This document shows, one piece after another, positions 1-10,900 of a stretch of 29,211 bases of DNA; position 1 is the first letter of the stretch, and each line of letters starts with the position of its first letter. The stretch covers positions 1 to 29,211 of IMG/VR virus record IMGVR_UViG_3300024986_000007. The stretch is one strand, 5' to 3'. A program made the position numbers and the translations under genes. Origin of the DNA: a virus (taxonomy: Duplodnaviria; Caudoviricetes). The notes beneath the pieces were generated by a model, which made no database searches, was not told where the DNA came from, and was given only the letters and a program-made list of their open reading frames with translations.

Positions 1-254
1 GCCTTGGCCCAGCGGCAGATGCGCGCCACGGCGTCCCATCCGCGCTCGCCCCACGCCTCGACATCGCTGTTGTAATTCGCCTCGGCCGTCGCATCGGTGA
101 GGATCTCGATCGTCGGCGCCGGCTTCGGCTCGACAACCAGGTCAGCGGCAGGCGGCAATGCCGCTTGTATCCGTACCCGCTTGTCGCAGGCGCTCGCACC
201 CAAGACGAATGGCAGCATCGCTAGGACGCCCAGGCGCAGCTTGTTCGATTGCAT
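1..254 (-). CDS. o-spanin (Rz1-like outer-membrane lipoprotein), 3' end runs off window
   Basis: Not in the ORF track. Manual translation from ATG 254 (AGGAG upstream): MQSNKLRLGVLAMLPFVLGASAC-DKRVRIQAALPPAADLVVEPKPAP... It has a signal peptide, lipobox Cys and Pro-rich segment, and overlaps the i-spanin 3' end in another frame. Confidence 0.8.
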   Translation of the reverse strand, partial: MQSNKLRLGVLAMLPFVLGASACDKRVRIQAALPPAADLVVEPKPAPTIEILTDATAEANYNSDVEAWGERGWDAVARICRWAK

Positions 255-516
255 CTTTTCGCTCCTTTGCGGCTGTGTCGTTGGAGATCGCGTCTTTCGC
301 GCGCTGCTCGGCGGCGGCGTCATGCGCCGCGGCATCGGTGCGCAGCGTCTTTTGTGTCACCTTGGCGTCGTGCGCCTCGATAATCCGGCCGTCATAGGTG
401 CATTTCGCGACGCCTAGCGCCATGACGATCAGGATGACAAGCGCGGCCCATGCCGCCGCACGGGCCCAGCGCTCGCCTACAAGGCGCGCCATGGCGCTGA
501 TGATGAAGCCCGGCAT
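142..516 (-). CDS. i-spanin (Rz-like)
   Basis: Start MPGFII at 516 overlaps the upstream stop (TAATG). One N-terminal TM (AAAWAALVILIVMALGVA), an Ala-rich coiled coil and C-terminal Cys; last position in the lysis cassette, with an overlapping lipoprotein gene. Confidence 0.8.
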   Translation of the reverse strand: MPGFIISAMARLVGERWARAAAWAALVILIVMALGVAKCTYDGRIIEAHDAKVTQKTLRTDAAAHDAAAEQRAKDAISNDTAAKERKDAIEQAAPGRPSDAAIRLGCERLRQAGTDTSGIAACR

Positions 517-848
517 TAGTCGCGCCACTCGAAGCGGTCGTCGAACGTCCGCTCGGCTTGCCATTCCGTGACACAATCGGTCCGGACCATCTCGGCGACA
601 TAGGCAGGGAGGAGCTCGCGCGGGATGCGCTGCGACACCCGATACCCAAGCGACCGGGTTCCATCGGCCCAGAGCCCTATGACCAGAAAGCCATCCATCT
701 CGCCCTTGTTGTCCGCAATCATCTTGGCGTGGCGGATCATCACGCCACGCAGATTCTCATCGTCTCTGTCGATCGGTGTAGGCAGGATAGTGATGTGCCC
801 GCCGATCTTCGGGCGCACGGCGCGGATGCGGGCGCGGAATTCTGCCAT
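516..848 (-). CDS. hypothetical soluble protein within lysis cassette (110 aa)
   Basis: Start MAEFRAR at 848 by TGATG coupling; stop overlaps the i-spanin start. Confidence 0.65.
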   Translation of the reverse strand: MAEFRARIRAVRPKIGGHITILPTPIDRDDENLRGVMIRHAKMIADNKGEMDGFLVIGLWADGTRSLGYRVSQRIPRELLPAYVAEMVRTDCVTEWQAERTFDDRFEWRD

Positions 849-1267
849 CAGACAGCCCCCTCGTCCTCGGCGATCGGTTCGGGAACCGCCGGCGCATCGC
901 CGTCGCATAGCTTGCCCTTGCCGATGCTAAGCTGGGCGTTGCCGTACTTTGCATTGAGGTAATCGGCGCCCCACACAACGAGGCCCACGATCAGCGCAAA
1001 CCCTGCGGCAATGGCATTGTTCCAGATTTGCTGCGAGAGAGCCATTTGCCCGAACAGCGAACCGGGAGCCTCATTCTTCAGAAACGAAGACACCCAGTAG
1101 AGCAGCGCCAGATTCTGAAACGACAGCGCGACGATGCCCAGCAGCATCGCGAGCGAGAAGATCGCCCGCACCTGTTGGCGCGTCAGGTTGACCAGCGCGC
1201 GAAGGAAATTGCCGAAGGCCCAAAACGGAGTACCGAGCCAGCGAAAGAAGGCCGCGATCCGGCTCAT
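848..1267 (-). CDS. putative holin (2 TM)
   Basis: Start MSRIAAFF at 1267 (ATGA overlap with endolysin stop). Hydrophobic segments AIFSLAMLLGIVALSF and AIAAGFALIVGLVVWG, acidic C-tail, adjacent to the endolysin. Confidence 0.65.
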   Translation of the reverse strand: MSRIAAFFRWLGTPFWAFGNFLRALVNLTRQQVRAIFSLAMLLGIVALSFQNLALLYWVSSFLKNEAPGSLFGQMALSQQIWNNAIAAGFALIVGLVVWGADYLNAKYGNAQLSIGKGKLCDGDAPAVPEPIAEDEGAV

Positions 1268-1902
1268 GCTTCGCTCTTCGAGATCGTCCCGGCCGCGAGG
1301 ACCGGGAGATAAAGCGCCGAGCGCGCTGGCACCGGGACACCGGCCGGCCAACGAATATCGGTGACGGCCGACTTCGGAATATCTCCGATCCGGACCATGT
1401 CATTCGCGTTGCCCTCGAGCACCTTGAAGTTCCTGCGGTCAGGTGTCTCGCCGACGATGAAGAAGACATGCCCCCCGCCGGTGCGGTTCTTCACGCCGAT
1501 CGCACCGAGCTGGGCGGGGCATGGCGTGCCGAACGTCGCATAAGCCTTCGCGCGCGGGAAATCCTTGGGATAGGTCAGGCCCGCGTCATAGAGGCAGCGC
1601 GCCACGAAATAGCCGCACCAGGGCGTTTCGTCGTCGTTGAACCAGCTTGCGCCGAGCAGCGCCCATCCCTTTGCAATCCAGCTATTGTGCTGCGGGCCCT
1701 TGATCTCGCGCTGCCCAATATACTTGCGGCCCGCGGCGATCCATGCCGGGTCGGCATTGGGCTGTTGCGGCTTCACCGCCGCTTTCTCGCGCGCATCCCA
1801 CAACGATCCGATCGAATTGATGTAAGGCACCTCGGCCTGGAGGAGGCGCCCGTCCGGCGCGATGGCGCGCAGCGCGGCCGCGATCTTGTCGGCATTGCTC
1901 AC
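1264..1902 (-). CDS. endolysin, TIGR02594-like NlpC/P60/CHAP-type peptidase
   Basis: PAWIAAGRKYIGQREIKG, DETPWCGYFV (catalytic Cys), GGGHVFF (His) and LEGN motifs. Confidence 0.85.
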   Translation of the reverse strand: MSNADKIAAALRAIAPDGRLLQAEVPYINSIGSLWDAREKAAVKPQQPNADPAWIAAGRKYIGQREIKGPQHNSWIAKGWALLGASWFNDDETPWCGYFVARCLYDAGLTYPKDFPRAKAYATFGTPCPAQLGAIGVKNRTGGGHVFFIVGETPDRRNFKVLEGNANDMVRIGDIPKSAVTDIRWPAGVPVPARSALYLPVLAAGTISKSEA

Positions 1903-2258
1903 CGGGCATTCCTTTCGCGATGGTAGGATTCGAGCGCGGCCACGCGCGCTTTCAGTTCGTCGACCTGCTTTCCGGTCGTGTCCTGCTGCTGGCGCTCGTC
2001 GATGCGTGTCACGGTCAGCTGCAGGTCGTTAAGTGTCTTCACGCCCCACGCAGCCGCACCGGAAATGCCCATGGTCAGCACCGCGCTGATAATGATGGCG
2101 GCCCATTTCAGGGGCGGGGGGATTTCAGCTTTGACCGGCGGCGGCCCGAAATGAGGATGCGTGGACACGAATTCCCTTATCGCGGCGTCGGCCGCGGCCT
2201 TTCCTGCGGTCTCGACGATGGTGCGAACCTGCTCCGTATTTGCGAGACTGTCAGGCAT
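1899..2258 (-). CDS. single-TM membrane protein, holin/antiholin-like
   Basis: One TM (WAAIIISAVLTMGISGAAAWGV) and a C-terminal coiled coil; first gene of the lysis cassette. ATG 2258 follows GGAAGG; GTG 2264 is an alternative start. Confidence 0.6.
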   Translation of the reverse strand: MPDSLANTEQVRTIVETAGKAAADAAIREFVSTHPHFGPPPVKAEIPPPLKWAAIIISAVLTMGISGAAAWGVKTLNDLQLTVTRIDERQQQDTTGKQVDELKARVAALESYHRERNAR

Positions 2259-2382
2259 CCCCACACCTTCCCGTCACGCGTTTCCGATCGGCAGCGATGC
2301 CGAGTGCCAAGTCCGGTCTTTTACACCCGCCCATGCCCCTGATTTCCGTTTGGAGCGGATTCGAAATATGGTAGGATTCCTG

Positions 2383-3078
2383 ATGGCTACCGCTCATCCG
2401 AGCCTTCGAGTAGCGAAGGCGCAGCACTATTTCGGCAGCGCCGATCGATACCTGAAGGCGAACCACCGCCTTGCCGTTCGCGCCAGCATCGTTGCCGACC
2501 TGCTCGGCGACACGACGGGGCAGCGGATTGTCGACCTGGGCTGCGGCGACGGATCGATCAGCGCGGGGCTCGCGGGTCAACTGACCCTCATCGACCAGTC
2601 GAGCGAGATGATCGAACTGGCGCGCCGCCGAATCGGGAACCGGGCGACCTACCGCTGCGCGGATCTGCACGATGTCGACGCCGAGGGCTTCGACATCGCG
2701 CTCTGCATCGGGGTGTTGGCGCATGTCGACGACACGGCCCGCGCGCTCGCGGCTGTCCACCGCGCGCTGCGCCCGGGTGGCCTGATGATCCTCCAGTTGA
2801 CCGACAACGCCCAGCCTATCGGCAAGCTCAATTCGTTCCTCGTGTCGCTGTCGGGAAAGCTCCAGTATCGCACGACGCGGATGGATGACGTCTTGGCGGC
2901 AGCGGCCGGTTTCGAATTGATCGAGTGCCGTCGCCACTTCCTCGTTCCGGCCGGCGCGCACCGCCTTTGCGGCGCGGCGCTGGTGCCGATCGAGCGCGGC
3001 GTAGCGGCCTTGCCCTGGCTGGCCCGCCATGGCGCTGATGCGATGCTGTTGCTTCGCAAGCATCACTTCACCGAATAG
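2383..3078 (+). CDS. class I SAM-dependent methyltransferase (moron)
   Basis: Motif I IVDLGCGDG, then IDQSSEM, FDIALCIGVLAHV and ALRPGG. Likely start is ATG 2383 (AGGA upstream) or 2368, not 2161. Confidence 0.85.
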   Translation: MATAHPSLRVAKAQHYFGSADRYLKANHRLAVRASIVADLLGDTTGQRIVDLGCGDGSISAGLAGQLTLIDQSSEMIELARRRIGNRATYRCADLHDVDAEGFDIALCIGVLAHVDDTARALAAVHRALRPGGLMILQLTDNAQPIGKLNSFLVSLSGKLQYRTTRMDDVLAAAAGFELIECRRHFLVPAGAHRLCGAALVPIERGVAALPWLARHGADAMLLLRKHHFTE

Positions 3079-4922
3079 CAGACGCTGGCGATGATCGCGT
3101 CGCCGTCGCCGAACGCGATCGGGAATGCGTCATCGACCGACTGGCCGCCGAACGCACCGGCCGTCGTCGAACTGTAGAAGATCATGCGCGCGGTGTCGGG
3201 CGAAATCTCGGCGATAATCGGCTTGTGGCCGACGCCAGCCTGGAAGATGCGCCCAGCGCCCGAAGCGATGCCCGAGCCGCCCGCGGTATCGGGAACGGAT
3301 ACGCGCGCGGTGCCGGAGCCGAGATCCGTGGTCGAGCCGACGGAAAGCTGGATTGAGACGCGGCGCTCATAACCGTAGCGCGCGATGGTACCGGACAGCG
3401 AGCCGTTCCCAATCGCAGGGGTGCCGGCAGGGGCGGTCAAAGCTGGTGCATAAACAATTGGCGGGTGCCAGATCTGGTTGATCGGCGAGTTGATCGTCAG
3501 AGCAAGACCGGCATCGACGACAGCGCCGAGGAAGAAGACGCTCTGCGACACGTTCGCATTGATCGTGAAGCTGCCCGCCGCCTGGTCGAAGGTAGGATCG
3601 AAGGCGATGTTGGAGAGCGGATTGACGCCGTCGCCCACGACGACATTGCCAGAGACCGTAGCGCCGCCGCAGATCGTGGTGAAAGTCTGGCGTACGTTGA
3701 GGTTGCCGACGATGCGGGTGCCGGAGATCTTGGGTCCGTGAGAGCCCGCGCCGCCGGCGCCTTTTTCAATGTTCAGGCCGGCGATGACGCCGCCTTCGAT
3801 CTTGGCAACGCCGGTTTCGACGAGCGTCAGGGCCTGCGAGATATAGACGCTGGAAACATGGGGATAGAGACACACAGCGCCCGCCTCCCCGATTTGCACA
3901 TTTCCGTAGTAGCCGTCCTTGTCGCTCTCGATCTTCGAACGGGTGCCCGTCATCTTGAGGACGAGGTCGAAACCCGCATCGCGGCAGCTGCTCCGAACCA
4001 GCCTTGCCCGCACCCCGGTAAGCACAACGAGGTCGCCTTCATATCCCAGCGCCTGCGACTGCCCCCAGAATGCGAGGTTCTCGATGACCAGGTCGCCTGC
4101 AGCAGAGGTGAGCAGCGGTCCGTCGTAATCGCGGAAGATGTTGACGTCGCCGAGGCCAATCAGGTGCTGCTGATCGAAGGTGACGTTCAGCGGACCCGCG
4201 TTGACGCTGCAATAATAGCTCCCCGACGGGAAATAGATCCGCTTGGCGCCGCTATCGAGCGCGGCCTGAATGGCAGCGCGATTGTCGGGAAGCGAGGGGT
4301 GCGCGCCGAAATCGGCGACGCTGACACCGAGATCTTTGATCACATCCTGCATCGGGCGCGGCTCGGCGCCGTCGAAGGGTGCGGTATAGGTGACCCGCTC
4401 GCTGCCGCCGGGCTCCAGGAGCTCACCGCGCAGCGCTGGATCCGAGCCCGTCCCCGGCGACATGACCGCACGGCCGTCGAGCAGGAAGGAAATGAACTTG
4501 CCGACGCGCTCAGCGGCGGGCGGCAGCACGATCCCTTGCTCGCCGAAGGGCAAGCCGATGGCGCGAAGGACGCGGTCGCGCAGCCAGATATCGCGGAGCG
4601 CGGCACGATCTGCCGACTCATTGACCGGTTCGGCGAGCCAAGCGGATCCGTTCTCGAATTCAATTTGCTGGGTGAAGAAGGGATCGAGCCGGATGAAAAG
4701 CTCGGGCCCCGCTGCCGGTGCGACGGCAAAGGTCACGCTACCGCCGCCGCCCGGCGTCAGAGCAACCGTGTAGCCCGTCGCGATGGTTTCGGTACCGTCG
4801 GCGCTACGCAGCACGACTTCGACCTCGGCCGGGCTCGGCGCGGTGAAGGTGAAGGGGAAAACGAGGGTCGCCCCGTTCGGGAGAAAAGGGCCGCTGAAGG
4901 CATTCGTCGTCTCGACAGCCAT
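3063..4922 (-). CDS. tailspike / tail fibre with beta-helix (pectate-lyase-like) depolymerase domain
   Basis: T7-like N-terminal adaptor (FPFTFTAPSPAEVEV...), VSVADFGA...DNRAAIQAALDSGAKRIYFPSGSY beta-helix entry motif, and a G/V/S-rich body. Confidence 0.85.
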   Translation of the reverse strand: MAVETTNAFSGPFLPNGATLVFPFTFTAPSPAEVEVVLRSADGTETIATGYTVALTPGGGGSVTFAVAPAAGPELFIRLDPFFTQQIEFENGSAWLAEPVNESADRAALRDIWLRDRVLRAIGLPFGEQGIVLPPAAERVGKFISFLLDGRAVMSPGTGSDPALRGELLEPGGSERVTYTAPFDGAEPRPMQDVIKDLGVSVADFGAHPSLPDNRAAIQAALDSGAKRIYFPSGSYYCSVNAGPLNVTFDQQHLIGLGDVNIFRDYDGPLLTSAAGDLVIENLAFWGQSQALGYEGDLVVLTGVRARLVRSSCRDAGFDLVLKMTGTRSKIESDKDGYYGNVQIGEAGAVCLYPHVSSVYISQALTLVETGVAKIEGGVIAGLNIEKGAGGAGSHGPKISGTRIVGNLNVRQTFTTICGGATVSGNVVVGDGVNPLSNIAFDPTFDQAAGSFTINANVSQSVFFLGAVVDAGLALTINSPINQIWHPPIVYAPALTAPAGTPAIGNGSLSGTIARYGYERRVSIQLSVGSTTDLGSGTARVSVPDTAGGSGIASGAGRIFQAGVGHKPIIAEISPDTARMIFYSSTTAGAFGGQSVDDAFPIAFGDGDAIIASVCYSVK

Positions 4923-4953
4923 TTAATCCATCCGCAAGTTGCCGTGCAGTTGG

Positions 4954-4983
4954 GGTAGGGCGGCGACGCGGCTGCTTGAATCG
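4954..4983 (-). promoter_or_regulatory. putative late promoter, copy upstream of tailspike
   Basis: Minus strand CGATTCAA-gcagccgcgtcgccg-CCCTACC in the intergenic gap. Confidence 0.7.
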
Positions 4984-4989
4984 GAACGC

Positions 4990-7900
4990 CTATTCGGTCT
5001 TGCCGGTGGTCAGCCCGCGCCACCAGTCGCCGATTCCGTCCGGGTGTGCGTCGCCTTCGCCGACATCGACCAGGAATTGCGCCGCGACGGCCATCTGTCC
5101 GGTGGTGAGCCCGGTAAAATAGCCCACCGTTTCAATTGCATTGCGCGTCGCCCGCTTCGTTTCCTTGCCGCGCGCGATCTTGCCGAGATCCGACCCGACA
5201 TTGATGACGCTTTCGATGCCCCCCTGCGCGGGCGTGAAGCGATAGCCGAAAGACGGCCGGTCGGTTGCCTTCGCCCATAGGGTCGGACCGATGTCGCGCA
5301 GGACCGGCACCGGCCCGAAAATCTGGAACATGATGTTCGTGATCGACCATTCTGCCCAGCTCTCGTCATCGTCATCGTCGGGCGTCCGCCCGGCGAGGAT
5401 CTCGGACAGGAGCGGGGGAACGACGAACAGCCACCAGGCGCGCGCGATCAGGCCAGGCGCGTCGGAGAGGCGCGCGCTGCGAACGTCGCGAGCGAAGGTG
5501 CGCTGGCGCTGGTAGAAGGCCGACATGTAGCTGTAGAACATGGTCAGCAGTTTGGCGGCCTCGCCGAAGGTGCCCCGGCCGGACTGGATCGCGGCGAGAT
5601 CCTTTGCGGCGCCGGCGCCCTGCGACTGACGCACGGCCTTGTCGGCGGCGTAGATCGCGTCCTCTTCCGACATTTTCTCCGCGATCGCCTTATCGTAGGC
5701 GCCGAGCCAGGTCGGGATGACGACGATGCGATCGAGATAGCCGATGCCGTGAAACGCAAATTTCTTGACCGCCGATAGGCTGCGCTGGCCGGCCGCTTTC
5801 CGGACGTTGTCGCGGATATCACGATCGAGTGTGTCCATGCGGGCGCGGACCTCTTTCGACTTCTCAAGCACGAAGTTCCACGCTTCGGGATTGCCGACAT
5901 CCTTCAAACGCGGCAGCACCCACCGCGCGCCGATCCGTTCGATGCTGTTCGAATAGCCGGCCGCCTGCATCATGATGGTCGAGAGGCGGTAGCCCATGCC
6001 GACGATTGTCGCATTGAGGCGCGCCTTCTTGATGAAGCCCTCGACGCCCGCCTGCCCGGCCCGGTCATACGCCCATTCGTTGGCGATGCGCTGAAGCCAC
6101 GGACGGAACTGCTTGCGGACCTCGGGCCCCAGGCTGTCGTCGACGGCCTTCATAACCGGCCGAGCCTGCAAGAATTTGTCCGCCTGCATGATCGCCTCGC
6201 GGTGCGTCAGGTCGTGGATGACCTCGCCGACGTGGCGGTGAATGACACCGAGGCTCAGGTGGATCGGCCGCTCGACGTTGGTGCGCTCTTTCGTGAAACC
6301 CTTCGGCGTCGTGGCGCGGGTGTAGATGCCCTCGAACAGGCTGTCCGATTTGGCCGCGTAGCTTTCCGATTCGTAATTGCGTCGCGGATCGTAGACGACT
6401 GGATAATAGCCGCCCTTGAGGGTGCCCCATTTCGTCTGCACCGGCCGTGCCTCGATCTTTTCCGGAGCGATATCGTTGACCCGCTTCTCCATGGCCTCGA
6501 TGTCGGGCCACAGGCTGTTGATGATATCCCAGACCTCCTGCACATAGGTCCACTCCTGTTCTGTCATCACGCGGTCGAGCATCGCGAGAACGCCCGTCTC
6601 CGACCAGCCGTAGCCGCCGAGCAGCTTGTCGAAATTGCCCTGGTTCCCGGTGTTGAGCGCGATCGAGACCACCATCTCGCGAGTCATGACGAAGGGATTG
6701 CCGGTTTCGCGGTTGAGGAGCTCGGGCGCAGTGATCTTGTCCGACCAGGACTTGAGCGTCTTTGCATCGACCTTTTCGAGCGCGGCGCGCAGCTGTCCGA
6801 GAATGTCGGCCATGCGCGCGCGCTCGTTCTCCTGCGCGTCGACGAGCGGACGGAACACGATGCGGTTGAAGATGCCGTTGCTGTCGCCGCTGTCGAGCCA
6901 GTCGAAAACCGTCTCCATCTTGAGCAGCGCCGCGTCGGCGGCGAGCACCTTCGACTTGATGGCGTCCCAGCGCGAGGGCTCCATAAGATCGCTGGGCGCC
7001 CGCTGCGGCAGCTTCGCGACCGCCTGCACCGCTTCGGTGACCGTGAGCTCAAATTCGCGCTTTTCCTGCCCGTCCTGCAATTCGCGCTTCAGGCGACCGA
7101 GATGGATGATCTGGCGTACCGCCTCGTCGAGCCCGAGCAGCTGCTCGACGGTCAGCCGCGTCCAGTTGTTCTTGCCGATCGTCGCCTCGAAAGACGCCGG
7201 CACGACGATGTCATATCCTTCCGCCTGTCGCTTCGCCGACCATTCTTCCCACTTCCCCTGGCGATTGATGCCCTTCTGCGACCGGCGCTTGATGTCGACG
7301 GCCTCGAGCAGCGCGTGCGCCTGTTCGAGATATTCCTGGTCGACCGACTTCATCACCGCCTTGCTAGCGATGTTGTTCAGCCGGACGCGCGCGGCCTCGA
7401 CCTCCTCATGCGCCTTCTTGGCCTCGGAATAGAGCGCGTTATTCAGCATCTGCTGCTGTTTTGCGCGGAATGCGGCCTCGATATCGCGGTCGAGATAGGC
7501 GACCTCGGCTTCGCGCGCGGCTTTCTTGCTCGCCCTGGCATAGCGCTGGAGCGCGCTCGGCATCGCCTCGACGCTGACGCGCCCGCTGCGGATCTTCTGC
7601 CGGGCCCAGTCTTTGGCAGCCGAGTAGGGTGTCGGCGCCTGCCCCGCCTTGCGGCTGAGCACGCGGACCTCGGCCGCAATGACCTCGCCCTGCAGGTCGT
7701 TATGCACCGCGGCGATCGCTTCGCGCTCGATGCTGCCGTCGGTGAGGGGCTCGCCGTAGCGCTCGCGCATCATCATATCGAGCTCTTCGTCGATGATCCG
7801 ATCGCGCATCCCGCGCTGATCGCCTTCCTCGCGCGCCGTGCGGTGCGCGAGCTCGAGCTCGATGAGCGATTCGATCATTTCGCGGCCCGTCGCGAACCCA

Positions 7901-10900
7901 GCCTGCTCCGCGATCGTGTCGGGATGGACACCGCCATTGCGCATCAGGGGCGGAACCCCGCGCGGCATGGCCTCCGCCGCCTCGTCGCCCATGTAATCGA
8001 CAACCCAGCGCCGGTCGATCGGGGTGGAGCGCATCGCAGAAATGGCACGGAACGCCGGGCGCTCGGCAACGCTGGCCTCGATCTCGTCGCGAAGCTCCGC
8101 GGCGATCTCTTTATAGCGCTTCGTGTTGCGCGCGCGCACGTCGCGCACAGTACGGTCGAGCAGCTGGCCGCGCGCTTCTATGCGCGCGTCGGCGGTCAGG
8201 CGCTGATAGGCTTCGAACTCGCCGCTCGTCATATCCGAGGCGTCGGTAAGGAGCGGTGCGATCGACTGTTCCTGCGCGGCGAGCGCGATATCGTCGTCGG
8301 TGGCGATGAGCCGATCCATCACGCCCCTGATTTCGGGCGTCAGGGGAGAGCGAAGCGCCTTCACGCTGCGATAGATGCTGACCAGCCAGGCGCGGAATTG
8401 TTCGAAGATGCTCCGCAGCGCCGGTACCGGCGCCCTGCCTTCCATCAGATACTGCTCGACGCCGCGCGCCCACATCTCATGCGCTTCGACCGGGATGACG
8501 CCATTCGCGACAGGATGGCCATTGGCGGCGAACCACTCGGTCACCGCCTCCCAGTCCGATCGAAGCCGGTTCGTCGCATCCTCGGACAGCGCGTCGGAGC
8601 GCAGCTCTTCGAGCCACAGGTGCCCGGTTTCGTGAAGGAAGGTCGACAGGTTGCGCGACTTGAAGAGCTCGATCAACGCGGCGCCGGTGAATTCGCCGCT
8701 CGGAAAAATGATCCTGCCGCGAGGAGAGGCCGGATCGCCGCTTTGCTCGAGGCTGGTCGGTTTGTCTTTCGAGGGCAGACCGAGTATAGGTCGCCTCGGC
8801 CTCTCCGGCCTAATGCCCGATACTAATTCGGGATCACGTGCCGGAGGGTCACCTTCCAGCACCTTTTGCCCCTTGGCCTTTGCGGCCGCCACCGCCTGCA
8901 GAATCTGGGTATCGCCGTCGACGCTGCCTCTGGGCTTCTTCCCGTACACGCTGTTGACGATCGACAGCTTGCCGTCGCCGCCGATCGCCGCGACGACGGG
9001 ATCACCGTTATTGTCCCGAACGGGCAGCGCGACGACGACGCGACCGGAACCGGCGAGGCTCGACGGATAGATCGCCCACGGCTGTTCGAGCAGCGCGCCC
9101 AGGCGGGTCAGGATGCTCATGTCGAGATCGTGCTTGCCCGCGATCGTCCGTATCTTGCCGCGCCCGATCTGAAGCGTTCCGGCCGGCAGGCCATAATCTA
9201 CGAGCGCCTGCGGTACTGGGCCGAGATCGATAAAGCCGCGCGTGCGCCTTCCCTCCCACGCCTCGCGGATATCGTCGCGCAGACCCGCCTGCTGATAGTT
9301 CCGGCCGTCGGCAGCATTGCGCGCGGAGTAGGCCGCGACGGCATTCCGGATTTCGCGGCGGGTTGCCGTCGCGGGATCGAGGCCCTCGTTGGCGAGCAGC
9401 GTCGCGAGCTCGAGCGCCGCATCCGACAGCGATGTATCGGTTTCGGTGGCGTAACGCGGCTCGCCGCGAAGCTCGGCGCCGATCGCATCGAGCAAGATAT
9501 TGTTGTCGAGCGCGTCGTCATAGGTCCCGGTCTCACGGCCGGCGAGCTCGGGGAAATAGCCCGCGTCGATCGCGGCGCGCAGCACGTCCTCGGGCGCGGT
9601 GTCGCGCTGTTCGCTGCCGACGAAGCTACCCTGACCCTTGTCCGAAGCGCGGATCAGGCGCTTACGAAACGGCGCGCCGCGGTGCCATGCGTCGCCGCCC
9701 ATGCTGGCGATATCGCCGCCGACATCGTCGATACCGCCGCGGCGCGCGATGAAATCGAGCAGCGAGGGGCCTTGCTTTGCGCCAGGCGCACCTTTGCGCA
9801 TCGCGTTGATGACGCGGTCGAGGCCATCGTCCTTCTGACGCAGCGCCAGCTGCTCGGGTAGGATCTGCACGACGTCGACGTCATCGAACTCCCGGCCGGT
9901 GAGCATCTGCCCCTTGCGCATCGCGCGCGTCTCGTACCGGGCCGTAACGAGCTCGGCCTGCGTTCGCGCTACCGACGGCGTATATCCGGCCGACTGGAGC
10001 TTTTCGACGACGTTGGTGACGAGCCGCTCGCGCGCCTCCATCATCTCGCGGTCGAATTCGTCGATCGCCGCCGCCTGCTCTTCCATCGTCTGGCGAAGGT
10101 CGGCCATCTCGGCATTGAAGCTTTCGGCCTCGAAACGCGACATGCCGCCTGGCGACAGGCGCATGTGATCGCGCAGCGCCTCCCATGCCGGGGTTCCGGG
10201 GAATGCCGACAGGACGCGCTCTACCGGCATGACGACATCGCCGCCCGTCGCCATCGCCTCGAGCGATTCCTGCTCGAAATCCGCCCATGCCTCGGCGTCG
10301 AAATCGCCCGACTGCATATATTCCTGGATGGCCTCGGCCGGGATATACACATCGGTCGCGCCGCTCTCCTCGGCCATCTCGCGGATCAGCGCGGCATAGG
10401 CATCGGGATCGCGCTGGCGCAGCTTTGACTTCTGCGCCGCCTCACCAAACTGCTCGAGGATGGCGCCCTCGCGCGTCGCGCGCTCGGCTTCGCCGCGTTG
10501 CGCCGCCAGGCGCGCCGCGCCCTCGGTCACCTTCTGCGCGGTCCGCGTGACCGCTGCCGTGGTGCCGACGGCGCCGATTGTCCCGAGGAGCGTCTGCCGG
10601 GCAGCGTCCGGCCGCTCGGCGATAAACTCCGACATCGTCTTTTCGGGATTGAGCGTCACCCAGCTGTCGAAGTCCTGGAGCAGCGTCGCAACCTGTTCGC
10701 CTGGGATCTCGGACACGAGCTGGTTCAGCAGCAGCTTGCCGAGCGGCGAGCGCGCAGCGATATCGCCGAGCAGCTTTGCCGCCGGAATATGCTCGGTCAG
10801 CGCTTCGACCGTACCCTGCCGCGCGCCGTAGGCCAGCGAGGTTCCGAGATCGAGGCCGGCATCGCGGGCGTTCTGATATTCGCCGGCGCCTGTGAGCACG

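Noticed and set aside
2256-2264. Lambda S-type dual start (GTG-GGG-ATG)
   Set aside because: The extension adds no charged residue, and SD spacing favours the ATG alone.
2265-4922. BPP-1-style diversity-generating retroelement near the tail gene
   Set aside because: No reverse transcriptase motif and no TR/VR repeat pair seen in the window.
4975-4983. Reading plus-strand CTTGAA as sigma32 -35 boxes
   Set aside because: The conserved partner element and the downstream genes are on the minus strand, so the orientation is wrong.
6202-8826. Long plus-strand ORFs (also 3465-4958, 14855-17254, 19267-21732, 22057-23664)
   Set aside because: Antisense shadows of recognisable minus-strand genes in GC-rich DNA; no motifs or SD.
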